Assembly (NCBI GenBank): GCA_004764695.1
Contig: SMSO01000006.1
Span: 1,007,859 to 1,071,858, forward strand
From: Schizochytrium sp. TIO01
Lineage: Eukaryota > Protista > Bigyra: Labyrinthulomycetes
Direction of reading: 5' to 3'
DNA length: 64,000 nt
Numbering within the stretch: position 1 is the first letter of the stretch; every line of letters starts with the position of its first letter. The notes beneath the pieces were generated by a model. It was not told the DNA's origin and ran no database searches. It was given only the letters and a program-made list of their open reading frames with translations. Below are positions 1 through 11,100 of the stretch, piece after piece. A program made the translations under genes and the position numbers.

Positions 1-57
1 TCTGCTTTATTAAAGCAAGGAAACCCATTTGGAAGGGCGCATACTATGGGTTATTAA

Positions 58-82
58 CTTCTTCTTCTTCTTCTTCTTCTTC
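58..82. repeat. (CTT)8 microsatellite
   Basis: Perfect CTT tandem read directly from the sequence. Confidence 0.95.
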
Positions 83-1107
83 GTTATATGACACAGGAAG
101 AAAACACCTGTGAATAATCAGATTAGTTCATTCACCACAATTCTGTGAGGAGAAGATGCTTCGTGAGGATCCGAAGATGAAGACAGCGCCCCTAAGGGTG
201 CTTTGGAGATGAAAGAACTGCGTTGGGAGAGCCAGATGCACTTGCTGCATCATATTGTGAAAGGCAATTGGAGTCAATGTAACTTTTAGCTGGTGTACAA
301 GATCCTGATTGACGATTGTTCTGACATTACCAACAAAATGCTCTGTGAGGCTACTTATGACAAAGAAGCTATCTATCTAACAGTGATAATACACCCATTT
401 GCTCCCCGAGCGGCATATTGCTTAGACAAAATTATCAAACCTCTGATAAGCCTTAACCTTATATCAATTAAATCTCACATCTCAGTTTCTAAATTTTACA
501 AGATTCGTCTACAATTCGCCTTGTTTATCCCAGATCTGGTATATTCATAGACATCTGTGCGCTCACGATTTGTTGAGGTCGAAAGCAAAGCGATTTTATG
601 CATATTGGAATGACATGTGTGGAAGAGGTCTATTTTTAAATAGGCCTCTATAGCAGGTTTAGCCCCTTTTTAAACTCCTTTAGGCCTCTTTGGGATTTTG
701 AGAACTCTGGGCGAGACACGATTCCCTGCGTCTCGACTTTCGCTTTCTCGTGCTGCAAACTACGAACTCACTGAGCAAGGTCAGATCCATAGAAGCGCTG
801 GCCTACCTTGTTGAGACCAAGAGGAGGTCCCGTCAAAGACTACGCCTAGTTTGTTTTGTGATAGCCACGGACGCTGCAGCGTCTCGATTCGCTTGAGTGT
901 GCTTGCTTTCCCAGCGCGTAGCTCGCGGCAAAGACCATTTCCCTGTCCTTTTTGAACCTCGGTTAGAGATTAGAACGTCAATAAAGTATAAAAAGGAGAG
1001 AGGATCGCATTTCCCGCGGCGTGAATTCACTGCATCTTCTATTGATCTTGGCGGAAACCTATTTCGCCTAGTTGCTTCAAAGTTAACTTGGATTTGAGTT
1101 ATCAGAA

Positions 1108-4100
1108 ATGCTGCAAGCCTCAAGGGTTTGCGTATCCGGACTCGGTGCCCAGCACCGAGGTGCCGCTCCTGAGGCTGCCTGGGAAAATTTCCAAGTTAAA
1201 GTTGCAAATGCGCCTCTAGCCAAGGTTGAGAGGGTAGACCCTCTGGCCTGCGTCTATGTGTCAGTGCAGTCTTTGCGAAGGTTATCAATGATTAGCAATC
1301 GTTGGGCAGAGGTTTCAACAGTAGGCAACCGCAATGCTTTCGTCAGGGTGATTGCATCGCGAGCTCTCGACGAAGACGACGAAGAAGATCACAGTGAATC
1401 TAACAATGCCTCGAACCAGACCCAAGGAAACCTTGTGGTGATGAATCCTATGATGGCCTTCAACTTAGGTCTTCGCCAAGGCACCACGCACACCATTCGT
1501 ATGCGCCGGCGATTCTTTGGTGCAAATGACTCTCCTCCTATTGCTGCGCGTGTTACAATTGCACGTGTGCGCAGCCCTGCCTCAAGTGGGCATGCTGAGT
1601 ACGGTCCTGCCCTCCGGGAGTACTTCAGCATTCCTAGACTTGTGCGCAAGTACGATGTGCTTGCAATCCCAATCCGCGATGTCCTTACTCTAGAGGGCTG
1701 CGAAAACCACGGTGACAATGACCTTGATGATGACGAGATTGAGTTAACAGCAGGCAGCATGGGCGAGAGCGAAGAGGTTACCGGAGCTGCTTCAGGAGAA
1801 AGCACTCTCGAAGCCTTTGAAGATTACCCGTCAGACTTTACAGTGCTTGCAGACGATGCACTTGATGCGCGGGGACGTGAACTTCCCGTGCCACATTCAG
1901 TTGTCTACTTTCAAGTGATTGAGTTGTCACGTACATTGGAAGGCGCTCGTACTGATGCGAGCTCAGTCAGTGCAGCGTCCACAAACGGTGAATCAGATAC
2001 GGCATCTGAAAACGTGCACCCAGACCAAGACGAGGGAATGGTTGTGGATGGTGTTGGTGGGAACACCATGCTCACACAAGCCGGCGCTGTCAACACTCGA
2101 GTGCCTGATGCTAAGCAAATCCTTGAGTTTTCATTCGCCGAGTTCGCTGTTACAGACAAGCATGCGTTACACGAATTGGAACAAAAGGATGAAGAAGAGC
2201 AAGGTCGTCGGGCCGCCACCTCTACTGCACAACAGGAACTCTTGAAGGTTTTGCGTGTGGGAACTAATCCCAGACTCATGAAGCGTCTCAAGCGTCTCTC
2301 TGTTATGCTACATGGTGCTAAGGGCACTGGCAAGCGCCACATGATTAGCACAGCAGCATCAGAACTAGGCTTTCATGTTTACGAGACCTCACTCACCCCT
2401 TTACGTGGACTGCCCGAGGACCGTGCGGCAAAGAAACTTCGCCACATTCTCCATGAAGCCACCCAGGTATCACCCTGTATTATTCATTTGCGTCATCTAC
2501 AAGCCCTAGCTCCCTTGGCACAGGGTTCGGAGAAACCTGACGATCCTGAGCAAGTTGCCAATGTACTGAAAAATTTCTCACACCGCAATTGTCTTTTGGT
2601 AGCAAGTACACAAAGCGCAGACGAAGTCCCGGCTGTAATTCGTGGATGCTTTACTCACGAAGTTTCTATTCAGGCTCCCGACAAGGATGGTCGCCTTGCG
2701 ATTTTGGAATACCTCACAGATAGTAAGATCCGCCTTGCATCTGACGTTTCGCTGGAATCCCTTGCGGTTCGCACGGCTGGACGCACTGCCAATGAACTTC
2801 GTGCGCTTTTTGCAAATGCCGCATGCCGTGTGGCTAATGAAGCTGCACAAGTTGAGGCTGCAGAAGCTCGCACCGTGCCTCAGCTCGAAGAGGCCTGGTC
2901 GAGCATCCTTACGTCGAATGGTCACGGCCCGGCCTCTGTGGAAACTACTAACCTCGCATCGCCTGCATCTGGCATTTATGGAGGATCTACAACGGAAGAA
3001 TCTGCTGAAGGTGGTGCTGTGGTTGAGCTTACGCAGAAGATCATCGACGAGGCCCTCGAAGCACTTCCGAGCGCTGCAGCTATGGATATTGGTGCCCCTA
3101 AAATCCCCCAGGTCTACTGGAAGGATGTGGGCGGCCTGGGCCATGCCAAAGACGAAATCATGGACATGGTCCAGCTTCCGCTGCAGCATCCAGAACTCTT
3201 TGCCTCTGGAATGCGTCAGCGCAGTGGCATTCTGCTTTATGGGCCGCCTGGTACGGGTAAGACTTTACTGGCCAAGGCTGTAGCTACAGAATGCAATCTC
3301 AACTTTATCAGTGTAAAGGGTCCCGAGCTTCTTGATATGTACATTGGTGAAAGTGAGCGTAAGGTGCGACAAGTCTTTGAGACAGCTCGTAGTGCCAAAC
3401 CCTGTGTTCTCTTCTTTGATGAGCTTGATTCTCTGGCGCCCCAAAGAGGTCGTGGCGCAGATTCGGGCGGTGTTATGGATCGTGTGGTGTCGCAGCTCCT
3501 GACTGAAATTGATGGTATGCAAGGCAATGCTGATGTTTTCGTCATTGGTGCTACTAACCGTCCCGACCTTTTGGATCAAAGTTTGCTGCGTCCTGGTCGT
3601 TTTGATCGTCTTATTTACCTTGGTATATCTCGAGACCGCGATGCTCAGCTTAAGATTGTTAAGGCTCTTTCGCGAAAGTTTGTTATGGACGAGAGCGTCG
3701 ATCTTGATGCGCTTGTAGACAGGTGTCCATTCAATTTTACAGGTGCGGACTTTTATGCCCTTTGCTCAGGCGCCATGGCAAATGCATTGCAACGTCGCGT
3801 GCGCGAGATTCAGGAACTCATCCGGCAACACCCTGATAGCACACTTACTGCACGCAAGTACCTATCTACACTTGCTGAGAACGAGCTTCAGGTTACTGTA
3901 AAGATGGTGGATTATCTGGACTCTCTCCAAAACACAGTGGCATCTGTGTCAGAAGACGAGATTCGTCACTATGAGGCCTTGCGAGATAAATTCTCTAGCG
4001 GTCAGCAGCAGCAGCAACAACAGCAGGAGAATGAGGAACAGGAAGAGGATGGTCAGCAGCGGCAGCAATTGGAAGAGAAATATGCGTATATGAAGGGGCA

Positions 4101-4368
4101 TGATAAGCATCAGAAGTCTTTGGAAGGAAGTATCCCCCAAGCAAACGGATCCTCTGGGCATCATCTGAACGGCAACGGCCTTGCACATGATATGATCCGC
4201 CACTGCCCAAATTGCAAAGCTCCTACCCTTAAGGAAGGTGGCTGCGACAAGATGCAATGTCCCGCCTGTTCACAAGAGTGGAGTTGGGATACTCAAGAAC
4301 CTGTTGCTGAAGAAGATCTTGAAGGAATCAAGATATCAACCGAATCATTCGTGTATAAAAAATTATGA
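1108..4368 (+). CDS. PEX6: Peroxisomal AAA+ ATPase PEX6 with C-terminal Q/E-rich linker and Rcat/IBR-like zinc module
   Basis: Intronless 1086-aa ORF. D1 has Walker A GAKGTGKR and a degenerate Walker B (IIHLRHLQAL). D2 has GPPGTGKT and VLFFDELDSLAP. PEX6-typical motifs IGAPKIPQVYWKDVGGL, GGVMDRVVSQLL and CPFNFTGADFYALCS are present, as is the N-terminal ARVTIARVRSP...ALREYFSIPRLV. Confidence 0.95.
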   Translation: MLQASRVCVSGLGAQHRGAAPEAAWENFQVKVANAPLAKVERVDPLACVYVSVQSLRRLSMISNRWAEVSTVGNRNAFVRVIASRALDEDDEEDHSESNNASNQTQGNLVVMNPMMAFNLGLRQGTTHTIRMRRRFFGANDSPPIAARVTIARVRSPASSGHAEYGPALREYFSIPRLVRKYDVLAIPIRDVLTLEGCENHGDNDLDDDEIELTAGSMGESEEVTGAASGESTLEAFEDYPSDFTVLADDALDARGRELPVPHSVVYFQVIELSRTLEGARTDASSVSAASTNGESDTASENVHPDQDEGMVVDGVGGNTMLTQAGAVNTRVPDAKQILEFSFAEFAVTDKHALHELEQKDEEEQGRRAATSTAQQELLKVLRVGTNPRLMKRLKRLSVMLHGAKGTGKRHMISTAASELGFHVYETSLTPLRGLPEDRAAKKLRHILHEATQVSPCIIHLRHLQALAPLAQGSEKPDDPEQVANVLKNFSHRNCLLVASTQSADEVPAVIRGCFTHEVSIQAPDKDGRLAILEYLTDSKIRLASDVSLESLAVRTAGRTANELRALFANAACRVANEAAQVEAAEARTVPQLEEAWSSILTSNGHGPASVETTNLASPASGIYGGSTTEESAEGGAVVELTQKIIDEALEALPSAAAMDIGAPKIPQVYWKDVGGLGHAKDEIMDMVQLPLQHPELFASGMRQRSGILLYGPPGTGKTLLAKAVATECNLNFISVKGPELLDMYIGESERKVRQVFETARSAKPCVLFFDELDSLAPQRGRGADSGGVMDRVVSQLLTEIDGMQGNADVFVIGATNRPDLLDQSLLRPGRFDRLIYLGISRDRDAQLKIVKALSRKFVMDESVDLDALVDRCPFNFTGADFYALCSGAMANALQRRVREIQELIRQHPDSTLTARKYLSTLAENELQVTVKMVDYLDSLQNTVASVSEDEIRHYEALRDKFSSGQQQQQQQQENEEQEEDGQQRQQLEEKYAYMKGHDKHQKSLEGSIPQANGSSGHHLNGNGLAHDMIRHCPNCKAPTLKEGGCDKMQCPACSQEWSWDTQEPVAEEDLEGIKISTESFVYKKL

Positions 4369-4893
4369 GGGGAAGAGACAAGACCCCAATATTTGAACGA
4401 ACAAAAGCTTGTCAACATCTTCCTTCATTCCCGTTTAGACCCAACCAGGTTTACTAAACCACCACTTTTGATTTATCGTAATTATTAATCCTACCTTCGA
4501 TTCATTTATAGAAGTTCGTTATCTTGTTTCAACTTTCAGTCAAAATACTTAGTTCTTCTTGAAATTTGAGTATCTTAATTTTAATATGTATTGACTGCTG
4601 CCTTCAAGGCATTGCATATATCTGTCACTCAGCCTTTCGACTGAGAAGAATAACAAAAGAAAGGCATTTGTAAAAACATTCAACAGATTGGGCGCAAGGG
4701 CTGCAGATAGAAGTGACACATGAATTCAAAGAGGCCAAAGCAGAAAAAAAATTGTATATCAAATATTGGCAAATATGACCATAATTACCAGATAGTAGCT
4801 GTCGCGGTGGCCTACACCGGGCAGCCTTGAGTGAAAATTAAGGTTGATCGCATCAGTCGGCTTGTACTGTTTTCACAAGCAAACTCTGTGTCG

Positions 4894-5271
4894 TTAAGGG
4901 TTCTCCTCCTCCGGGAATTTGCGACGCAAGCGAGTGAGATCTTCGGCCTCGTGCCTGTAATGTTTGCACTGTGCCAGAGCATTTGTGTAGTCCAAGAGGG
5001 TCCCCGAAACGCCTCCAATAGCCCAGTAGAGCTGCGATTTGTACTTGATCGAGAGCGGAAGACCTACAAGGATACCTCCAAGGCAGAACTGCCAGTGCTC
5101 CAGCAAGCAGGTGCCATACTTCAGGTTAGTGTCTGTGATGGCCTTCTCAAGGTCCTCGCGAGTTGCGAAGTCGCGCGCCACCATCGGCACATGAGGGATC
5201 GAAGCTGCGGGAGCAACGCCGTCCTCAGGTTTTACCTCCTCAGGCATTATCTTTGGAGCTGCGTCAGCCAT
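4894..5271 (-). CDS. Small protein with two short hydrophobic Gly-rich helices (putative organellar membrane protein)
   Basis: ATG in aacATG context, host-like codon usage, 125 aa. Hydrophobic segments FCLGGILVGLPLSI and LYWAIGGVSGTLLD are flanked by Cys residues. Convergent with PEX6. Confidence 0.75.
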   Translation of the reverse strand: MADAAPKIMPEEVKPEDGVAPAASIPHVPMVARDFATREDLEKAITDTNLKYGTCLLEHWQFCLGGILVGLPLSIKYKSQLYWAIGGVSGTLLDYTNALAQCKHYRHEAEDLTRLRRKFPEEENP

Positions 5272-6331
5272 GTTGTAGAGCAGCTAGTTTCGCTTTGCTA
5301 GCTTAGCTCAGTTTTCCTTTGCTTAGTTTGCTTTGCTTTGTTTGCTCTGCCTAATGTCTGTGTCTACCTGATTAGGTAAGGTATTGCTTAGTACGAAAAG
5401 TTACTAGGTAGGCACTAGCTACTGTTGATTGAAGATGTGCATTTTGAAGTGGCCACATTTGGTTTCAAGTCTACTGCTGGTTGGTAAGGGGCTGGGAACG
5501 CACTATAGCAACCATGAAAACTTCAGGGAAAGTATTAAGGCATTCGCATACTAGATATGTTTGTTCAGGGTGTCGACGCGTTTAGAATGTGTGCATGGAG
5601 TCACTAGGATTAATTAAATTTATCACAAATGAAATTAAAGGGAAGTCTAGGAAGTGAAGAAAATGCACAATCTTGGGTTAATATTTGCCTTCTATATACC
5701 TACTCACTGAGATGATTACTTTTGCTTCATTGCTTCAAGCTGGATCAAGGTTTGAGTGCATTGAAATACAAGCTAGAAAGCTTTCAAATGAATCTGACTC
5801 AAAATGCTAACTTACTTTTAAAATTTGATACAAGGTTCAACATCATGCAAATTGGTGTAGATGAGAGCTAAAGATGTTTTCCACCTTCACTGCATCTATT
5901 CTCAGGAGACTGTCAGGTCTTTTTAATAAATAAAAACTAACATTCTTTAGAAGTTTGTTAAGGAAAAGTTTAGACATCGCCTTCTGTATAACTTCACTAT
6001 TTGTAAGTCACACTTCATTTACCTGTTATCTTTAATTCAGCCTCAACACAATTCTACATCTGCTTCAAGATGACCTTGTTATTTAACCAACACTTATAGC
6101 GCTGGTCAACACGTAGTTCGTAGTTTAGAGTGGTAAAACACTGAACAGAACTTTTACAAGTATATTTCTGACTTGGTCCATCAAAACATTTGCACGTTCA
6201 GCTTTGAAGATAGAACAATAAAGATCCTCCCTCAGTGGGTGTACATAACCATTTCTTGAACCTATCGTGCTATGAAGAACCAAGGTTGATGCATTTTTGT
6301 TTCTAATCTGAACAAAGTGCTTTTCCTGCTT

Positions 6332-8138
6332 GAGAGGGGGTGGTTATCTTGCGAGTTTTTATTGGCGAGGGCTGTTAATATTGATCCAAGTTACCAGAAT
6401 AAGAATATTTCCTAATATATAATCATGTAATATATAATATTTGTGATTTTGGAGATCCTGCCAAAAAAACTCGCGCTTATAGTATACCCCTCCAATTTTC
6501 TCGCCATATTAATACTACGGCTGAAAAAAATGGCCAGTGGCGTATGACGAGAATATAAAGTTTGGAAGTTTAATTCTTTTTGACCTCCAAATACTCTTTC
6601 CTCACAAAGAAAATTAACCATTATATTAGTATGCGTGTACTGTGGGGAAGAGAAGACTTTGAGCTATAATTTACAAAGTCTATATGAATTTTGTTAATGG
6701 TGAGAATAGTATTTATGCAGTGGTAGTAGAGAGGAGACACCACTGGGCAATGAAGTAGAGGGATCCACTGGGTTTCATTTTTTAAAATTAAAAAGAGATT
6801 TCTGGGTTATTTCGAAGAGAATGGACAATTATGTCAACTTTACTTATTTTCATGTGATTAAAAGTATAATACTAGTATCTGTCAATGGAAAACTGAAGGT
6901 TTCCCAAGCTCTCAAAGTTACCTATTCTGCATAGGGAATGAGCTGTTTCCTTTTGCTTTTATTTGTTAAAATGAAGCACTTTGATTTGACGTATTTGCAA
7001 GGAAAGCTGTTTCATTTATTATCTGCATGTGGCTTTGGCTTCAAAGGAGTTATCTATCTGATAAGTAAGAAAGGTCTTAAACTTTGATCAAAATCCGCAA
7101 CGCAGGTCAACACATACCCGGCTATAATTGCTGAAGAGCTGATCTGTCACCTCGGGTATATCTTATACCATGTCTTCTGGACTTTTCTTCAGATTTGATA
7201 ACTTCGAAGATGCATTTCTAAGATGGCCTATAATGGATTTGCACGTTCAATTTATAAGAAAACGAGATAACATATCATATCAGTCTGAGCCTTTCGGCTA
7301 TTCCAGCCTCTCCTACTTTGCAACCCGAGTCAATCTGAAGTGTACCATCCATGAATCTATCGCCTGGCGCATTATTGTTTCCAAATTTTGAGCCGAGTTG
7401 TTCCAGCAAGACATTAAGGGGGGCATGTAATCACGTTTTACGTGTTTTAGGTCAGCTAATATGGATTTCACTTACCAGAAACCGAATATTTTACTTATAT
7501 AATATCTGCAGTAATGAATGTCCAAAAACTTAATTTTCTAGGACACGTAACTCTTGCCTAGGGTACACCCCTCCATCTTTACGTCTTACCTCCTTACTGT
7601 GTAAAGGTTTACCTTGGGGAGTCTTACCACGATATAAAAGTCTGAAGTGTCAACAATTTTCATACACTTCTGCCATGACTTTGAGGATGATTGTATGTTC
7701 GATTCTCAAGAGAGGATCCGCCATTTCAGGCAAACTTCTGTACATGTTTATGACTCTTTTGTTAAACATTTCGAGCCTATCACTGTTGCAACACATAAAT
7801 TTATTAAAGTTTGCTGTTTAGCGTTATAACTGAACGATATAAGTGGGGGTATGGTATGAGTGCAAACGTGACGTGTCTGATAATGTTAAAACATATTACA
7901 GGAATTCGAATATCAACATCGTAGAACTATATGGTTTCTCCAAAGAATCTACAAATTTACAGAGACTTGCCCAAAAACCGAGCGCTTAAAATGCCCCCCC
8001 ATGTTTTCTGCCGCGAGAATACTAGGGAGAAAAAGTGTCCCAGTGGTGTAAAATGGGGGCGAACAAAACTTGAAGGGTAATTCTATGTTTACTGCCGAAT
8101 ACTACTGCTTTTTCACAAAGAATGTCGATTATATAATG
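6332..8138. repeat. Diverged dispersed repeat family: direct copies about 6452-6630, 7549-7650 and 7962-8138, plus an inverted partial copy at 6332-6371
   Basis: Copies align by eye through colinear anchors gagaNNNgccaaaaa, gcgctta, cccc, aatacta, gaaaaa, ccagtggYgta, taattct, aatact, tcacaaagaa and attatat. The reverse complement of 6332-6371 (cctcgccaataaaaactcgc...cccctctc) matches the start of copy A. Confidence 0.7.
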
Positions 8139-11100
8139 GACGGGGCAAGATACATCACCGCTGGGTAGATTAGACTTTCGAACTTACATTAAACTCTCTT
8201 TCTGAATTTTGTTTACGCGAATTAAAAAATTATACCGGTGGGACTTGACAGGAGATAACACTGAACAGCAGATAACACTAAAAGGTGATACGAAGGGTCT
8301 GTCTACTGGCACCGCATTCTGCAGAAAGAATAGTATCTACCAGTAGGCTCACTGTTTGAGAAACCGAAGTACAATAAGCACTCCTGATGAAAGTGAAGGG
8401 ACACTAAGTCTGCAGGGTTTTCAGCCAATTTCTTTTGTTTGAGTGTGTGACAAAGCAGCTGCTTTTCATCAAATAGAGTCCAAGAGGTGCTTTCGTATCG
8501 ACATCGTCATTAGCCAGTGGACCGCAGCTCTCAATTCTTCATAATTTCGTAAAACATAGGCTTGTTCTAAATGCAAAACACTGTCACACAAGTTTGAAAC
8601 CGCTAATCCTACTGCTAGATACCTGCAATCTGCATAATTTAAAAAAAAAATGTATTACGTGTAGCCTTGATTAGCAACGTTCTGTAGAAATATGTCTCCC
8701 TCTGTTTACATCTAGATAAGCTCCTGTGGGCAGCCCTCTCTTGGCGATCGTTGCAACCTGAGAATTGGATTGCCCACTACAAAATGCAATAAAAAGCAGC
8801 ATGAAAGTTAGGGTGTGCGAACTGAAGATTGCTTTCGTATTAGCTACTGATCTACCTAGAAAAGCGAAGCAAGCCAAACACCCAATCCAAGGAAATTGAG
8901 ACACGAAGTGACTACTGGTCTAGCTCTTGAGTGTGCCCAAGAATTGTATGAGCAGGCTAAATTGCTCGCACTACCAGCTTGGGAACGCTCGTCAGAATGC
9001 CAAGTCAGATTATTGAAGAGAAAATTGATGATGTGCAATGTGTTATACCTCTACTCTGAATATTTTTTTGGACTCTTGTATCTAATTGTTCCAGTTATTC
9101 TTATCTGAGTTGCCTTTAATTCTAAAATTTCATGGGAGACAAACTACTTGAGATAAGGTTGATCTGTTAATTTAAGAAACACTTTACGGATTTTGTGAAA
9201 TGTGGGGACAGCTCTTTCTGCTCGTAGATTGCAGTATTGGCTATACTTCACATAATAGGCCAAGCAACCTACACATTTCCTTTGTGCGGTGCTTGTACCA
9301 GTTGGACCAGGTCAGATTTTGCATTAGAGTAAAGCTGAAGATATTTCAACAGGAACAATAACGCTGAAAATGATTGTAAAGGCAAGTTCAAATTATAGAA
9401 ACAAAAAAATCTTGAATTCAGTTATATTGAGGTACTTGTGAATGCTCATTTCAGCAGTTGCTTTATAGTCAAATATTAGCATCTCAATGGTAGCGACTCT
9501 TTACCACATTATAAAATTGAAAAAGCAAGAATGCCTAATTAGCTCTCGGCTTCCAAGCTATTTGCAAAAGACTTGTCGGCACATCGTGCCATGCATGGGT
9601 TTGCGCTGCTAAGAATTACAAAAGGTAGTACTCCTATCTAGCTAGAGCCACAATCGAGAACGGCTCTAAACAGAACACCACTCCAGAACGTTCTATCGGT
9701 CAGGCACTGTTCCAGCACTGAGTCCATTGAGTCTTCGAGTAGCAATGAGAAGTAGTTTATTTGGCTTGAGCTCTCCGACCAGTGGGAGTTGGCCATGCTC
9801 GATGCAAAGTTGTGGGTAATACATACATAGCAAAAGGTGAGTACTTCTTCTCAAAAGTTAATTTAATTTACGATTAAAGCAGTGTCAAATTGAAGGAACA
9901 GTCTGTGCCAATTCTGATGAGGCGACTTTAGAGTGATTCAACAATGGAAATACGTTCGACTTTTACATCAGCAGCAATCCAGGAACAATCTGCAAAGGTG
10001 GCAGCAACGAACGAGGCAATATTCGAGTATTGCCCACTCCCAAAGTCTTCCACTGTACAACAAAATGATGATGAGCATTCGCTTAGGTACCTAGTACCTA
10101 TTACCTTCGGCCATTTCTCTTCGATTTGTGATCTCCCTTCATCAACTACTACATATGTACCTACTGACCTATTAGTAGGTACCTAGGTAGGCACAAGGTA
10201 TGCGCATGCACTTTGCTACACTATGCGGGGGTACTATAAACCTTTCAGTGCACATATCTCTGTATTTCTCTTGCTATAAAACCCCAAAGGTTTTGAGCTT
10301 TGCTTGCCAAGTGGACTATTTCTAGACACTCTAACGGGGGTATTTTAATCATCACAGTCGCAAATTTTTATTCTTATTTAATTAAAAAGCCTTCAACTTG
10401 AAGTTATTTGTATTTTGTTTAATGTACTTTTATTAAAAAAAAATGAAAAAGAGCTTTTTTTTTTTTGCTTTTTTTTATTTTTTAAAATAGGCGAATAAAG
10501 TAGATATTGTCAAAGTTATTAATCAGCTTGTTACAAATTTATTTTTATTAATCGCGCCAGTGGAATTGTTTCTTTGTTCGTACAAGAAAGCTGACCGTCT
10601 GACCTCGAAGAGGCAAGCGTCGCAGTATCCTGAGATTTCAAAGAGCGCCTTAGCCACAAACAGTCTTTGCACGTTAATCACTCGCTGGCCGATGCTTCTG
10701 ATGCGCGAGGACTCAAAGTTTGGCTCCTCCTCTTCTTCTTCTTCTTCTTCTTCTTTTTCATGGCAGTTTTGGCGTCCCATGTAATTCCTACTATGGCGTC
10801 CTCTTACTAGTACGTTTTAACACACTTATTTGCGTGATTCCGTCTAAAAAGGTTCTCCGATACTGCGGCTGTTTCTGCGGCAGAATAGGCCACTGTGCGA
10901 GGGTATAGCTCACTGTATTGGGCGGGGGCTGCAAGTGAGGTATACTTCCCGCAAGTGGGGTATACTTGCGCCCTGTCGAGGGTCGTTTGTTTCACTTTCA
11001 CAAAGTAGGCTCCATTCGTGCAAGTGAACTAAACTCCTATACCCTTGTTTAGCACATTTGTTTTACTTGCAGAGGGCTGAGCCGGGTGGTCTGTCTCCTT

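Noticed and set aside
293-550. 85-aa ORF, possibly a decayed gene fragment
   Set aside because: GTG start, no recognisable motif, and too short to support.
4831-5301. 156-aa plus-strand ORF
   Set aside because: GTG start and antisense shadow of the better-supported minus-strand gene 4894-5271.
6114-6165. tRNA-like 5' half (tagttcg-ta-gttt-agagtggta-aaac) resembling a D-arm/A-box
   Set aside because: The anticodon stem is poor, there is no GTTCRA T-loop and no acceptor-stem complement. At most a degenerate fragment.
7690-7725. GTTCGATTC followed by ...CGCCA, resembling a tRNA 3' end
   Set aside because: No T-stem pairing and no upstream D-arm.
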